DNA of 64,000 nucleotides from Candidatus Eiseniibacteriota bacterium (GCA_041946735.1 JBHGAY010000002.1:96001-160000); one strand, 5' to 3'; shown: positions 47,459 through 60,565, counted from the stretch's first letter. Made by a program: numbers and translations. The notes: a model not told the origin generated them from the sequence alone.

Positions 47459-49978
47459 CTATGGCAGCCGGACGATCCTCTCCGTCCTCGTGACGGCGCC
47501 CGCTGTCACCCGGCAGAAGTAGATCCCCGACGGGGCGCGGCGCCCTGCGTCATCCCGGCCGTCCCAGAGGACCTCATGCATTCCGGCGCCTTGCTCAGAA
47601 CCCTCTCCTAGCGAGCGGACTCTCCTTCCCGAGAGATCGAGCAGATCGACCTGCACCGGCATCGGGCGGGCGATCTCGTAGTGGATCGACGTCGTCGCAT
47701 GGAACGGGTTGGGGCCCGCGGGGAAGAGCTTCAGATCGTCGAACGGGCGGATCGCCGGCTCCCCGACCGCGGTCTGGCCGGGAACGAAGAGCGTCACGTC
47801 GTCGATGTACCATCCCTCCCCCGTCGGCTCCTGCCCGCGCGTGCCGAACCGGAAACGGAAGGAGAGGATCTGCCCCGCGTACGCCTCGAGAGGGACGACG
47901 ACCGGCGTCCAGTCGAAGGATCCCGACCAGAGAGGGGTGCCGGTCACGAACGGGACGACCGTGAAGCGCCGCCAGACGTGGTCGTAGCCGCCTTCGATCG
48001 GTTGCAGCGTGAACCAGCTGGCGCCCGAGTCGGTCGAAGCCTCGAGGATGCCGCCGTCCCCGGCCGTCGAATCGTCGACCGCGTAGGCGTCCATCCAGTG
48101 CCAGAAGATCAGTCGAGACCCGTCGGGGACGCGGACGAGCGGCGATTGCAGGTAGGCGTGGATCCGGGTTCCGTACGGGCCGTCACCGGCGTCCCCGCAC
48201 TTGTACGAGGTCTGCCCGCCGTCCGTATGGTTGCGCTGCTGGCTCAGGTGCCAAGCGTCGGTGTATCCGACGGTCAGGGAATCGTGCCTCCACTCGGCCG
48301 CGCTCGGGCCCTCGAACCCCTCCTCGATCGAGGCGACGAGGTCCGATGCGAGGACGACGGAGCGGTTGGCGTTCACGCGTCCCCATCCGAAGTACATGTC
48401 CCAGCCGGGGGAATCCTCGTTGGGCGGGCCGACCTGATCCTCGGCCCCCTCCTCGAGCATCGCGCGCACCTGATGGGCGTCGAGCGAGGGCGCGGCGCTC
48501 CAGATCAAGGCGCAGATGCCGGCCGTGAGCGGTGTGGCCGACGAGGTGCCGTTGAACGTCGTCGTGTAGTTCGTGCCGCTGTAGCCGGCGACGCCGGTCC
48601 GGTCGGTCGTGGTGATCTTGACTCCCGGCGAGATCACGTCCAACTCGGCGCCGTAGTTGCTGCCCCAGAAGTTCTCGCCGTCGCAGGAGGTGTAGCTCTT
48701 GCGCTGGTCGCACGGGCTGCTCGCGCCGCACGCGATCGTCTCCGGATAGCGAGCGGGATAGTTGACGTCGTTCGCGTTGGAGTTGCCCGAAGCGAAGACC
48801 ATGATGCAGTCGAGCGCGTCGGCGTTGATGACCGCGTCGTGCACCGCGGTGAAGTCCCCCGACGACATCCGCCACGAGCAGGACATGACGAGCCCCGTGA
48901 ACTCCGCGCGCCGGCTGGCCGCATAGTTGATCGCGTCCGCGCGATTCTGGTTCATTCCGGAGCCGAGATCGACGCGCAGCGGCATGATCCGGCAATGCGG
49001 CGCGATGCCGCTGACGCCGAGGGAGTTGTCCTGGACGGCGGCGGCGATTCCCGAGCAGCACGTGCCGTGCGCGTCCTCGTCGTCGGGGCTGCCGTCGGGA
49101 CCGTTCGCGAAGTCCCAGTCCTCGCCGTTGCGGGGGAGGAAGTTGTCGCGAAGGTCCTCATGGTTCAAGTCGGCGCCCGTGTCGATCACGGCGATGATGA
49201 CGTTCGGGTCTCCCTTCGTGATGTCCCAGGCGAGCGGCGCCTCGACGTCCGCCCCTGGCGTTCCGCCTCCTTGTCCCGTGTTGTTCTCGGACCACTGCTG
49301 CGGGAAGAGCGGATCGTTCGGGATGCTCAGCGCATCGTCCCAGAGCAGATAGGACGGTTCGGCGAACAGCACCTCCGGGTCGGCGTAGAGCCCGCGAACC
49401 GCCGCGAAGACGGACAGTCCCGGAGGAAGGACGATCGTGTAATAGCCGGGCGTCCAGTGATCCTCCAGGACCGAGGCGCCGAACGCATGGATCTTCTCGA
49501 TGCACCGCTCCGGGGAGACGCCCGAGCGGTAGCGGACGGTCGCCTCTCCCTCGAGGTAGTACTTCGTGAACCCCTCGGCGTCGATCACGGCCGGGATCGC
49601 CGACGCGACGCCCACCTCGGCGCGGAGACGCGGCGCCAGGTCCGCCGGGGTCGTGGCGCGCGACACGCGATAGACGGCCGCGCGGGTCTCCGGATCGAGA
49701 GGATGGACGGGGACGAGGCCGTAGCGGTTCTCGACGATCTCGCGATCGAGACTGCTCGCCGCGCGGTCGTACCGGACGAGGATCTCCTCGGTCGATTGCC
49801 GCAGATCCCATGGCTTGCCGAAGCGTGTGTCGAACCAGCTCCCGTCGAAGGAGGCGGCGGGCGAGGCGGCCGCCACGCCGGTGAGCAGAGCAGCGACGAG
49901 CAAGGCGCGGCGTAGCGGGACGAGCGAAGACACGGAATTGGTGCGGCGGGAAGGCAGCAGGGCCCCTCGGTCGGACAT
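47459..49978 (-). CDS. Secreted S8 (subtilase) serine peptidase with C-terminal FlgD-Ig/T9SS-like domain
   Basis: Catalytic D (IDTG), H (HGTCCSG), S (GTSSATP); C-terminus GPNPF...WDGRDDAG...SGIYFCR. Confidence 0.92.
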   Translation of the reverse strand: MSDRGALLPSRRTNSVSSLVPLRRALLVAALLTGVAAASPAASFDGSWFDTRFGKPWDLRQSTEEILVRYDRAASSLDREIVENRYGLVPVHPLDPETRAAVYRVSRATTPADLAPRLRAEVGVASAIPAVIDAEGFTKYYLEGEATVRYRSGVSPERCIEKIHAFGASVLEDHWTPGYYTIVLPPGLSVFAAVRGLYADPEVLFAEPSYLLWDDALSIPNDPLFPQQWSENNTGQGGGTPGADVEAPLAWDITKGDPNVIIAVIDTGADLNHEDLRDNFLPRNGEDWDFANGPDGSPDDEDAHGTCCSGIAAAVQDNSLGVSGIAPHCRIMPLRVDLGSGMNQNRADAINYAASRRAEFTGLVMSCSWRMSSGDFTAVHDAVINADALDCIMVFASGNSNANDVNYPARYPETIACGASSPCDQRKSYTSCDGENFWGSNYGAELDVISPGVKITTTDRTGVAGYSGTNYTTTFNGTSSATPLTAGICALIWSAAPSLDAHQVRAMLEEGAEDQVGPPNEDSPGWDMYFGWGRVNANRSVVLASDLVASIEEGFEGPSAAEWRHDSLTVGYTDAWHLSQQRNHTDGGQTSYKCGDAGDGPYGTRIHAYLQSPLVRVPDGSRLIFWHWMDAYAVDDSTAGDGGILEASTDSGASWFTLQPIEGGYDHVWRRFTVVPFVTGTPLWSGSFDWTPVVVPLEAYAGQILSFRFRFGTRGQEPTGEGWYIDDVTLFVPGQTAVGEPAIRPFDDLKLFPAGPNPFHATTSIHYEIARPMPVQVDLLDLSGRRVRSLGEGSEQGAGMHEVLWDGRDDAGRRAPSGIYFCRVTAGAVTRTERIVRLP

Positions 49979-50201
49979 CCATTCCCCCCTTTTGCCGGGT
50001 GCATCGGCGGTTTGCGCTCCCCCAGGCGAAGGAGAGCGCCGGTCAGTCCAGGACGGCCGTGGTTCCGTAGTCGTTCAATTGTAGTGGATCTCGGGACCTC
50101 CGGCAAGGAGGCGGGCCCTCGTGCGAGCCTTCGCGCGGGCCTCGTGCGGGCCTTCGCTCGTCCCACCGCCGATTCCCGGAGGCGCCGTCTCGCTGCTGCG
50201 A

Positions 50202-51773
50202 TCAGCCGAAGAGGTCGAGATCGCCCACCGATCGAGGAATCTTGCGCAGGAAGCGCCGGATCTCGGCCGGTCCCATCGAGACGAGGGCCGCTCCAGCCAG
50301 GCAGAGCAGCCCGCCGATCGCGAGCGCGGCGAGGATCGACACCATCGATCCTCCGTAGACCGGGCGCGTGAACCAGAGAAGGACGAGGGCCGGCGCGCCG
50401 CCGAGAAGCGCCTTCGGGATGGGCAGGAGCAGGTCGGCAAGCCCCGGGATCGTCGCCTCCCGCCTGCCGGCCAGCGGAATCAACAGCAGGTTCTTCAGGA
50501 GCAGCGCGATCGTGTTGCCGAGGGCGAAACCGAGAATGCCGAGCCCGGCGACGAACGCGAGGAGAAGGCTGATCGCGACGTTCGCCACGGCGACCACGAG
50601 ATCCCCGATCGCGATCCACCCGATCCGGCCGCGCCCGACCAGAGCCGCCCAGACGGGGGCGAGCGAGATCGTCAAGGCGGACGGAGCGAGCATCGCGACG
50701 AGGTAGACCGCCGAGCCGCGGTACTCCTCTCCGACCCAGTGCACGAGAAAGAGGTCCCCGAGGATCGACGGCACGAGGCAGCAGGGCACCGCGATCGCCG
50801 CCGCCATCCTCACCGCGCGGCGCACGGCGCCCCGGCTGCGCTCCTCCTCCTCGTGCGCCTCGAGCTGCGTGAAGAGCGGGGCGAGCGCGACGATCGGCGC
50901 CCAAAGGAATCCGCGGATCATCGGCTCCCAGCGCGCGCCGAGGGAGTACGCGGTCACCGACGACGGTCCGAAGAAGCGCCCGATCAGGATGTTGTCGGTC
51001 GTCGTGTAGAGGATCGCCGAGATCTGCGAGAGCAGCGCCACCCCTCCGTAGGCGAGCAGGTCGCGACGAACCTGCGGCGTGCCGGTCTGCGGCCGCGGAA
51101 AGGGAGGGCCGGCGACGCCGGCGCGGGCGGCGAGCAGCCCGAGGGCGAGGAGCACCGGCACCTCAGCGACGGCGAGTGAAGCGCCATAGACCGAGAGCGA
51201 CGGCGAGAGCAGGGAGAAAGCGATCACGAGGACCGCGAGGCGGATCCAGGGATTGAGCGCATTCAGGATCTGCATCCCGCCGAGCCTGCCGGTGGCGTAG
51301 AGCGGCACCTCGAGCGTCGCCGACGTGTTCGCGACCGTCTGCGCGAGGATGACGAGCCAGACCCCGAACGCCGCCCCGCGGGAGACCGCTTCGGACAGCC
51401 CCAGGAAGCGGCAGTACGGATAGGCGAGGAACGCCGCCCCGATCAGGATGGCGAGGTGGGCGGCGTTGCCGAGCCAGAAGCCGACCGCGTAGTGCGCGCG
51501 CGCTTCCTCGCGGCGCCCCGAGTGGACGTGCAGCGTCACGTGGCGGCGCATCGCGGCGCCGATCCCCCCGCGCATCAGGAGCAGGTACTCGAACGCGGAG
51601 CTGGTCGCCACGACCACCCCGTACAGGTCGCTGCCCAGCTTGCGGATCAGGAAGGGGGTGAGCAGGATCCCGACGAGGAGCGCCGAGGCGCGTGCGAAGA
51701 TCGCGGTCGCCGCGTTGCGCGAGGCGAGGGAGACGAGCCCGGCGGGGTTCGCCTTGCCCGCCGCCGCGCTCAC
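50202..51773 (-). CDS. Polysaccharide/oligosaccharide flippase (Wzx/MATE-like)
   Basis: Multiple TM helices, LTPFLIRKLGSDLYG, TDNILIGRFFG; GTG start overlaps the upstream stop. Confidence 0.85.
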   Translation of the reverse strand: MSAAAGKANPAGLVSLASRNAATAIFARASALLVGILLTPFLIRKLGSDLYGVVVATSSAFEYLLLMRGGIGAAMRRHVTLHVHSGRREEARAHYAVGFWLGNAAHLAILIGAAFLAYPYCRFLGLSEAVSRGAAFGVWLVILAQTVANTSATLEVPLYATGRLGGMQILNALNPWIRLAVLVIAFSLLSPSLSVYGASLAVAEVPVLLALGLLAARAGVAGPPFPRPQTGTPQVRRDLLAYGGVALLSQISAILYTTTDNILIGRFFGPSSVTAYSLGARWEPMIRGFLWAPIVALAPLFTQLEAHEEEERSRGAVRRAVRMAAAIAVPCCLVPSILGDLFLVHWVGEEYRGSAVYLVAMLAPSALTISLAPVWAALVGRGRIGWIAIGDLVVAVANVAISLLLAFVAGLGILGFALGNTIALLLKNLLLIPLAGRREATIPGLADLLLPIPKALLGGAPALVLLWFTRPVYGGSMVSILAALAIGGLLCLAGAALVSMGPAEIRRFLRKIPRSVGDLDLFG

Positions 51774-52507
51774 GCCTCCGCCCTGGCTCCGAGCTTGCGC
51801 TCCGCGATGAGCCGGTTCGCGCGGTAGAGGCTCTCGAACGTCCCGGCGTCGGTCCAGAAGCCGCGCAGGAAGTCGAACGACATCATCCCGCGCTCGATGT
51901 AGGCGTTGTTGACGTCGGTGATTTCCAGCTCGCCGCGGGCGGACGGCTCCAGCGTCCCGATGATCTCCCAGACCCAGTCGTCGTAGAAGTAGACGCCGGT
52001 GACCGCATAGCTCGAGCGCGGGCTCGCCGGCTTCTCGACGATCCGCACGACACGGTCTCCCTCCAACTCGGCGACGCCGAACCGCTCGGGGTCGGGAACT
52101 TCCTTGAGAAGAATCTTCGCGCCGGCCTTCTGCTTGCGGAACGATTCGACGTGCGGGGCGATGTCGTCCTCGAGGATGTTGTCGCCGAGGATGACGACGA
52201 TCCGGTCCCCGCGACCGTAGTAGCGGGCGAGACCGAGCGCGTCGGCGATGCCGCCGTTGCCTTCCTGGTAGACGTAGTCGATGTGGGTCAGGCCGAGGTG
52301 CTTGCCGTTGCCGAGGAGGCGGACGAAGTCGCCCGCGTTGTTGTCGCCGGTGACGAGGATCAGGTCCTTCACGCCCGCCCGGACCAGAGTCTCGATCGGG
52401 TAGTAGATCATCGGCTTGTCGTAGATCGGCAGCAGATGCTTGTTCGTCACCTTGGTGAGCGGCGCGAGCCTGGTGCCCAGTCCCCCAGCCAGAACGACCC
52501 CTCGCAT
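51770..52507 (-). CDS. Glucose-1-phosphate thymidylyltransferase-like nucleotidyltransferase (short RmlA/SpsI type)
   Basis: GVVLAGGLGTRLAPLT...NKHLLPIYDKPMIYY, ILGDN, EKP, SARGELEITD, WTDAGT. Confidence 0.9.
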   Translation of the reverse strand: MRGVVLAGGLGTRLAPLTKVTNKHLLPIYDKPMIYYPIETLVRAGVKDLILVTGDNNAGDFVRLLGNGKHLGLTHIDYVYQEGNGGIADALGLARYYGRGDRIVVILGDNILEDDIAPHVESFRKQKAGAKILLKEVPDPERFGVAELEGDRVVRIVEKPASPRSSYAVTGVYFYDDWVWEIIGTLEPSARGELEITDVNNAYIERGMMSFDFLRGFWTDAGTFESLYRANRLIAERKLGARAEA

Positions 52508-52823
52508 CGGTTCTCCTCCTCGCGCGCGAACGCTTGGCGCCGGTACCCCCACGGCCGATCACGGATTCCCACGGCCGGTCACAGATTCCGGGGGACATTA
52601 CCACCGCCGGGGCGGAGGAAGCAGCACCGCGCAGCGGAAAGCGGCACGGGGCAGCGGAGATCGGGGGGCGGACGCCTTCGGGGTCGAGAGTCGGGTCGCC
52701 GGAGACGGGCTTGCGAGGCGCGGATGCCCCGGCGCGCGCGTGAGGCCGGATCGTCCACGCGACGCCCGGGAGCGGATCGAGCGGGATGCTATGGTAGCGG
52801 AAACGGAAGGAAGGGGGTCCCGG

Positions 52824-55325
<2,502 letters not shown>

Positions 55326-55355
55326 CCCGTCCGGCGGCGATCCGCCGATTGCCGG

Positions 55356-56369
55356 TCAGCGAAGCGACGGCCCGGCGGCGCTCGCCAGGGCGCGGGCGAG
55401 CGCGGCGAAGGCCGCGAGATCGAGCGTCTCGGCCCGCCGCGTCGGATCGATCCCCGCCTCGGAGAGCACGCGCGCCGCGAGCGCCCCGTCGCCCAGAGCC
55501 GACCGGAGGGCCGCGCGCAGCATCTTGCGCCGCTGCCCGAACGCGGCCGCCAGCGCCTTCTCCAGATCGCGCGGATCGCCGGCATCGACCGGCGGCTGCG
55601 GATGGAACCGCAACCCGATCAGCGTGGAGTCGACTTCGGGGACCGGCCAGAACGAGCTGGGGCCGACGCTGGCGAGCTTCTCCACCGCGGCATGATAGGA
55701 GACCCACACGGTGAGGCTGCCGTAGGTGCGCCCCCCGGGCGAAGCGAGCAGCCGGGCGGCCACTTCCCGCTGCACCAGGAACGCGGCGCGCGAGAACGAG
55801 GCGCGGTGCTCCAAGGTCCAGAGGAGGATCGGCGTCGTGATCGCGTACGGGAGATTCCCCGCGAGGAAGAGCGGCGAGGATCGAGGCGTCCAGCCGCTGG
55901 CGCCGGCGCCGTCGCCGTCGCTGGCTTCGCCGTCGTGGCCGTCGCTGGCGGCCGCGCGGCCAGGAAGAGCGCACGGATCGAGATCGAGGATGCTCCCCTC
56001 GAGGAGGTGAAGCCGGCCCGCCGTGATCTCCGGCGCGAACCTCTCGCGCAGGAGCGCGGCCAGACGCGCGTCGACCTCGACCGACCAGACGCGCGCAGGG
56101 CGTCCGGACCCGGTCGCTGGCGGATCGAGAAGCGCTCGGGTCAACGATCCCGCGCCCGCCCCGATCTCGAGGACGTCGCTGCCCTCCGCGATCTTCATCG
56201 CGCGCACGAGGCGGCCGGCCGCGGCCGGATGCACGAGGAAGTTCTGGCCGAGCCGTTTGCGCGGCGTCACGCCATGGGCGCGCAGCCAGGCCCGCTCCGA
56301 CGCCGAGCCCTCGCCGCCGCGGCCGCCTTCGATGCCGGCGTCGTCGCCGCCGGCGCCGCCCGGGCTCAT
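55356..56369 (-). CDS. rsmA: 16S rRNA dimethyladenosine transferase
   Basis: KRLGQNFL, LEIGAGAG, GNLPYAITT, FWPVPEVDS, QRRKML, RRAETL. Confidence 0.95.
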   Translation of the reverse strand: MSPGGAGGDDAGIEGGRGGEGSASERAWLRAHGVTPRKRLGQNFLVHPAAAGRLVRAMKIAEGSDVLEIGAGAGSLTRALLDPPATGSGRPARVWSVEVDARLAALLRERFAPEITAGRLHLLEGSILDLDPCALPGRAAASDGHDGEASDGDGAGASGWTPRSSPLFLAGNLPYAITTPILLWTLEHRASFSRAAFLVQREVAARLLASPGGRTYGSLTVWVSYHAAVEKLASVGPSSFWPVPEVDSTLIGLRFHPQPPVDAGDPRDLEKALAAAFGQRRKMLRAALRSALGDGALAARVLSEAGIDPTRRAETLDLAAFAALARALASAAGPSLR

Positions 56370-57148
56370 GCGCGATCGGCGGGGTCGGCGGGGAGGTGGA
56401 AGAGGCGGATCGCGTTGGAGTCGGTCACGCGCTCGACCTCCTCGATCCCGACCTGGAGGGAATCGGCGATGGCGGCGGCGATCTTCGGAATGTTCGCCGG
56501 CTCGTTGCGATCGTTGCGTCTCGGATGGGGCGTGAGGTAGGGGCAGTCGGTCTCGAGCACCATCCTCTCGAGGCCGACGGCGCGCAGCAGCGGTCCGCTC
56601 TTCTTGGGGCTGTAGGTGACGGAGCCGCCGAAGCCCAGGAGAAATCCGAGATCGCCGGCCCTCTTCGCGATCGCCTCGTCCCCGGAGAAGCAGTGCAGCA
56701 CGCCGCGAACCGCTCCGCGCCCCTCCTCCTCGAGGATGCGCAGGACGTCCTCATGGGAAGCGCGGGCATGGACGACGAGCGGCAGCCCCGACTCGCGCGC
56801 GAACTCCACGTGCCGGCGGAAGAACGCCTGCTGCACGTCGTGCGGCGCGTAGTTGCGGTAGTAGTCGAGCCCGGTCTCGCCGATCGCCACGATCTTCGGG
56901 TCGGGGAGCGCGGCGAAGAGGCGTTCGAGATCCGCGAGCGAGGCGGCGCCGCTGTCGTGCGGATGGATTCCGGCCGAGAGGACGATCCGCGGATCGGCGG
57001 CGGCCAGCTCCCTCGCCTTCGGCCAGTCCGCCGCGCTGATGTTCACCTCCAGGAGCGCGCGGCCTCCCGCCTCCCAGTAGCGCCGGAGCACGGCGTCGCG
57101 GTCCTTGTCGAAGGCGGACGCGTGGACGTGCGCGTGCGTGTCGATCAT
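56366..57148 (-). CDS. tatD: TatD family nuclease
   Basis: IDTHAH, GIHPH, IGETGLDY, HCFSG, LETDCPYL. Confidence 0.95.
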   Translation of the reverse strand: MIDTHAHVHASAFDKDRDAVLRRYWEAGGRALLEVNISAADWPKARELAAADPRIVLSAGIHPHDSGAASLADLERLFAALPDPKIVAIGETGLDYYRNYAPHDVQQAFFRRHVEFARESGLPLVVHARASHEDVLRILEEEGRGAVRGVLHCFSGDEAIAKRAGDLGFLLGFGGSVTYSPKKSGPLLRAVGLERMVLETDCPYLTPHPRRNDRNEPANIPKIAAAIADSLQVGIEEVERVTDSNAIRLFHLPADPADRA

Positions 57149-58119
57149 GCCTCGAATCCTTCGGAGCGCGAGGCCGCGCGCTCGCCCGGCGCGCGAGCCG
57201 CTCTACCGGCGGAGCGGCAGCATCCGCCCGCGCCGCAGCCGCCGCGTTCCGGCGTAGGGCCGTCCCGCTCCGGCGTATGGGCACCCCGCGCGACGCCGAC
57301 GCTTGCGTTCCCGCCCTCTTCGCTCTCGCCCTCGCCCTCCCCCTCGCCGTCGTCCTTGAACGCGAGGCAACAGAGAAGGCGCCCACACATCCCGGAGATC
57401 CGCGCGGGGGCGAGCGCGAGGTTCTGGCGCTTCGCCATCTTCAGCGTCACGGGCTCGAAGGCGCCGCTCAGGCGGGTGCAGCAAAGCGGACGGCCGCATG
57501 GTCCGAGACCTCCGAGCCGGCGCGCCGCCTCGCGTTGCGGGATCTGCCGCAGCTCGATCCGGGTGCGGAAGATCTTGGCGAGGTCCCGCACGAGCGCGCG
57601 GAAGTCGATCCGTCCCTCCGCGGTGAAGTAGAAGGTGACGCGGTTGCCGTCGAATTGGTACTCCGCGTCGAGGAAACGCATCGGCAGGTCCAGCGCCTGC
57701 GCCCGCTCCCTGCAGATACGGAGCGCCTCCTCGTCCTCGCTGCGAATCGTCTCGAGATGGCGGATCTCCTCGGGCCCCGCCTCCCGCAGCACGCGCCGCG
57801 GTTCCCGCCGGTCCTCGCTGGCCGCCCCCTCGGCGACGGTGTGGCAGAGCAGGCCGATGTCGATACCGCGGTCGGCCTCGACGATCAGGTAGGCGCCGGG
57901 ATCCGGATCGAGCGAGTCGGGAAGCAGGCACCTCTCGTAGCGATGCCCTTTGAAGCGGACCTGCACGAGCCGGGGCGACGTGCCGCTGCCTGCGCCGCCG
58001 CTGGCGGCGGCGGGGCTGCCGGCGCCGCCGCTGCTGCTGGCGGGACTGTTGCCGGCGGCGGGGCCGTTGCCCGCGGCGCGGCTGCCGGTGCCGGCGGCCG
58101 CGCGATCCTCGGATCCCAT
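57145..58119 (-). CDS. ricT: PSP1-domain protein (RicT/YaaT-like)
   Basis: FYFTAEGRIDFRALV, TRIELRQI, GPCGRPLCC, ISGMCGRLLCCL. Confidence 0.88.
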   Translation of the reverse strand: MGSEDRAAAGTGSRAAGNGPAAGNSPASSSGGAGSPAAASGGAGSGTSPRLVQVRFKGHRYERCLLPDSLDPDPGAYLIVEADRGIDIGLLCHTVAEGAASEDRREPRRVLREAGPEEIRHLETIRSEDEEALRICRERAQALDLPMRFLDAEYQFDGNRVTFYFTAEGRIDFRALVRDLAKIFRTRIELRQIPQREAARRLGGLGPCGRPLCCTRLSGAFEPVTLKMAKRQNLALAPARISGMCGRLLCCLAFKDDGEGEGEGESEEGGNASVGVARGAHTPERDGPTPERGGCGAGGCCRSAGRAARAPGERAASRSEGFEA

Positions 58120-59330
58120 CACCGGGACCTCCCCTGCGGCCCGGCCGTGGTGGAGCGCGTCGCCCCGGGAGCCTCTCCCGCGATCTGCGAAAGCGCCTCG
58201 AAGAGCGAGAGGGCGGGATTCACGTTCCGATCGATCGAGTCGACCATCTCCTCGAGCGCGTCGACCCAGGCGCGCAGCGTCGCGACCGGCATTCGCGCCG
58301 CCTCCTTCTCTAGAAGGTCGAGGCGGTCGGGATTCGCGAGCGAATCGGGCGACTGGCCGAACTTCACCGCGAGCAGGTCGCGGCACCAGAGGAGCAGCAG
58401 CTCGACCGTGCGCCGCGCCGCGTTCGGGTCGAGACTGCGCGACCATTCCCGCGTCTTCTCCTGCGCCCGCTCGGGATCGACGTGCAGGAGGCTGAGCGCG
58501 CGGTCGCGCGTCTCGGGGATCGAGTCTTCGAGGCGAAGCTGGAGCGCGCGGCCGAGGCTCCCTTGCGCGAGAGCGGCGATCAGGCGGGAGGTCTTCGGCG
58601 CGACGCCGAAGCGGGCAGCGAGGATCTCCTCGATCGTCTCGCGGCGGAGCGGGCGGAACCGCACCTGCTGGCAGCGGGACACGATCGTCGGCAGCAGCAT
58701 CGACGGCTCCTCGGCGATCAGGATGAGGTGCGTCCCCGGGGGAGGCTCCTCGATCAGCTTCAGGGCGGATTGCGCGGCGTCCTCGGTCATCCTCGGCGCG
58801 TCGGCCAGGATGTAGACCCGCCGCGGGCCCTCGACGAGCGCCATCCCCGCTTCCGCCTTCAGCTCGCGGACGCGCTCGATCCCGATCGTCGCATTGCGCG
58901 CGAACTCGAGCAGGTGGAACGGCCCGGCGGCGTACTCGTGCAGGCGCCGGGCGATGTCCTCCGGACTCGACTCCTCGTCTCGCGTCGCCGGAAAGAGCAG
59001 CCGCAGGTCGGGATGGATCAGCGCGGCGACCTTGCGGCAGCCGAGGCAGGCGCCGCACGGTCGCCGGTCCGCTTCCGCCCCGCATTCCAGCGCCTGCGCG
59101 AGCCCGAGCGCGGTGCGCGTCTTGCCGACCCCGCGCGGCCCATGGAACAGGTAGGAGTGCGGGACGCGATCCTCGCGCGCCGCGCGCCGGAGTCGCTCGA
59201 CCGCGTCGTCCTGATCGCGAATACCGGAAAGAATCGGCGGAGCCGCCGGCGCGGCGCCTCCGGAGACACCGGCCGCCTCGGGCTCCTCCTCCCTCGCCCG
59301 CCGCCCTCCGCGGCCCCCGCGCGCGGTCAC
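58119..59330 (-). CDS. holB: DNA polymerase III delta' subunit
   Basis: HSYLFHGPRGVGK, CGACLGC..HPD, ALKLIEEPP, PTIVSRCQ. Confidence 0.92.
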   Translation of the reverse strand: MTARGGRGGRRAREEEPEAAGVSGGAAPAAPPILSGIRDQDDAVERLRRAAREDRVPHSYLFHGPRGVGKTRTALGLAQALECGAEADRRPCGACLGCRKVAALIHPDLRLLFPATRDEESSPEDIARRLHEYAAGPFHLLEFARNATIGIERVRELKAEAGMALVEGPRRVYILADAPRMTEDAAQSALKLIEEPPPGTHLILIAEEPSMLLPTIVSRCQQVRFRPLRRETIEEILAARFGVAPKTSRLIAALAQGSLGRALQLRLEDSIPETRDRALSLLHVDPERAQEKTREWSRSLDPNAARRTVELLLLWCRDLLAVKFGQSPDSLANPDRLDLLEKEAARMPVATLRAWVDALEEMVDSIDRNVNPALSLFEALSQIAGEAPGATRSTTAGPQGRSR

Positions 59331-60565
59331 CGCAGCCACTCCTGCGGATCCATCGCCTCCTCGCCCCGCCGGATCTCGAAGTGCAGGCAGGTCCCCTTGA
59401 TCGAGTCGGTGTCGCCGACCTCGGCGATCGTCTCCCCCTCGGCGACCTTCGCCCCCTTGCCGACCAGCACGCGCGAGCAATGGGCGTAGAGGGTGTAGAA
59501 GCCGCCGCCGTGATCGAGGATCACGCAACGCCCGTAGCCGGAGAGCCAGTCGACGAACTCCACCCGTCCCGCGGCGACCGCCGCGACCGGGGTCCCGGCC
59601 GGAGCCGCGATGTCGATGCCGTTGCTCGGCACCTCGGTGCCGAATCGTGGGTTGCGCTCCAGACCGAAACGGCCGACGAGCTTTCCTTCGACAGGCCAGC
59701 GCAGCCCATGGCGCTTGCCGCCCAGGCCCGGGCCGGCCTGCGAGGGAGTCCCCCTCTTCTTCGCTTCCGCCCGCTCCTTCTCCAGCCGCGCGATCAGGCC
59801 TTTGATCTGCGCCTCGCTCTTGGCCAGCTCCTTCTGCCGCTCCTCGAACTTGCCCCGCTCCTTGCGCACGCCGACCATTTCGCGCTGCGCCGCCGCCGCC
59901 TTCTTGTCCAGCCGCTGCTTCTCGCGAAGCTTCTCCTCCTGGAGCTGGTCGAGCCCGCGCTGGCGCGAAAGAAGGAGCGAAGTGGCGAGCGCCAGCTCGT
60001 CCTTCTGCTGCGCCAGCCAGATCAGGTCGGCGCGATCCTTCTGGATCGCCTGCGAGAGGAGCGTCGCCCGCGAGAACAGGTCGGCGAACCCCTTGGAAGA
60101 GAGGAGCAGCTCCGGCGTTCCCGGCTGGCGGTGCCGCTGGAAGGCGCGCAGGCGCCGGCGCAGCGAGGAGCCGACCTCCTCCTGCCGCGCAACCTTCTCG
60201 TCCAGCTCCCCCTGCCGCTGCTCGAGGTCGCCGAGCAGCGCCCGCTCCTGCGCTTCGAGCTGGGCAAGATAGCTCTCGGTCAGCTCGCGGTCGCGCCGGA
60301 TCCGCTCGTCGACCGCCCCGAGGTTCTTCTCCTTGCGCCGCAGCTCCTCGATCTTCTTGCGGTTCTCCTCCATCTGCCGCTTGAGCGTCTGGAGCTGCCG
60401 CTGCCCCTCGATCAGCGGGTCCTCGCTCTTCTGGGACAGGACGGGAAACGCCACGGCGAGCAGCAGCGCGAGAAGCGCGCCACCGGCGATCGCCGCCGTC
60501 CGGCGCGACGGCGAGAGGAGGGCGGAGCGCCGCCCCTTCCCATCAAGAGCTGGTGAGCGCCTCAC
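59327..60565 (-). CDS. envC: Murein hydrolase activator / M23 peptidase with coiled coil (EnvC-like)
   Basis: Signal anchor, long coiled coil, WPVEG, NGIDI, YG..VILDHG..YTLYAH, LHFEIR; follows ftsEX. Confidence 0.85.
   Translation of the reverse strand: MRRSPALDGKGRRSALLSPSRRTAAIAGGALLALLLAVAFPVLSQKSEDPLIEGQRQLQTLKRQMEENRKKIEELRRKEKNLGAVDERIRRDRELTESYLAQLEAQERALLGDLEQRQGELDEKVARQEEVGSSLRRRLRAFQRHRQPGTPELLLSSKGFADLFSRATLLSQAIQKDRADLIWLAQQKDELALATSLLLSRQRGLDQLQEEKLREKQRLDKKAAAAQREMVGVRKERGKFEERQKELAKSEAQIKGLIARLEKERAEAKKRGTPSQAGPGLGGKRHGLRWPVEGKLVGRFGLERNPRFGTEVPSNGIDIAAPAGTPVAAVAAGRVEFVDWLSGYGRCVILDHGGGFYTLYAHCSRVLVGKGAKVAEGETIAEVGDTDSIKGTCLHFEIRRGEEAMDPQEWLR

Noticed and set aside
60541..60565. 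Possible frameshift at the envC start (ATG overlapping the ftsX stop is out of frame)
   Set aside because: An in-frame GTG at 60565 with upstream GGAG gives a normal start.
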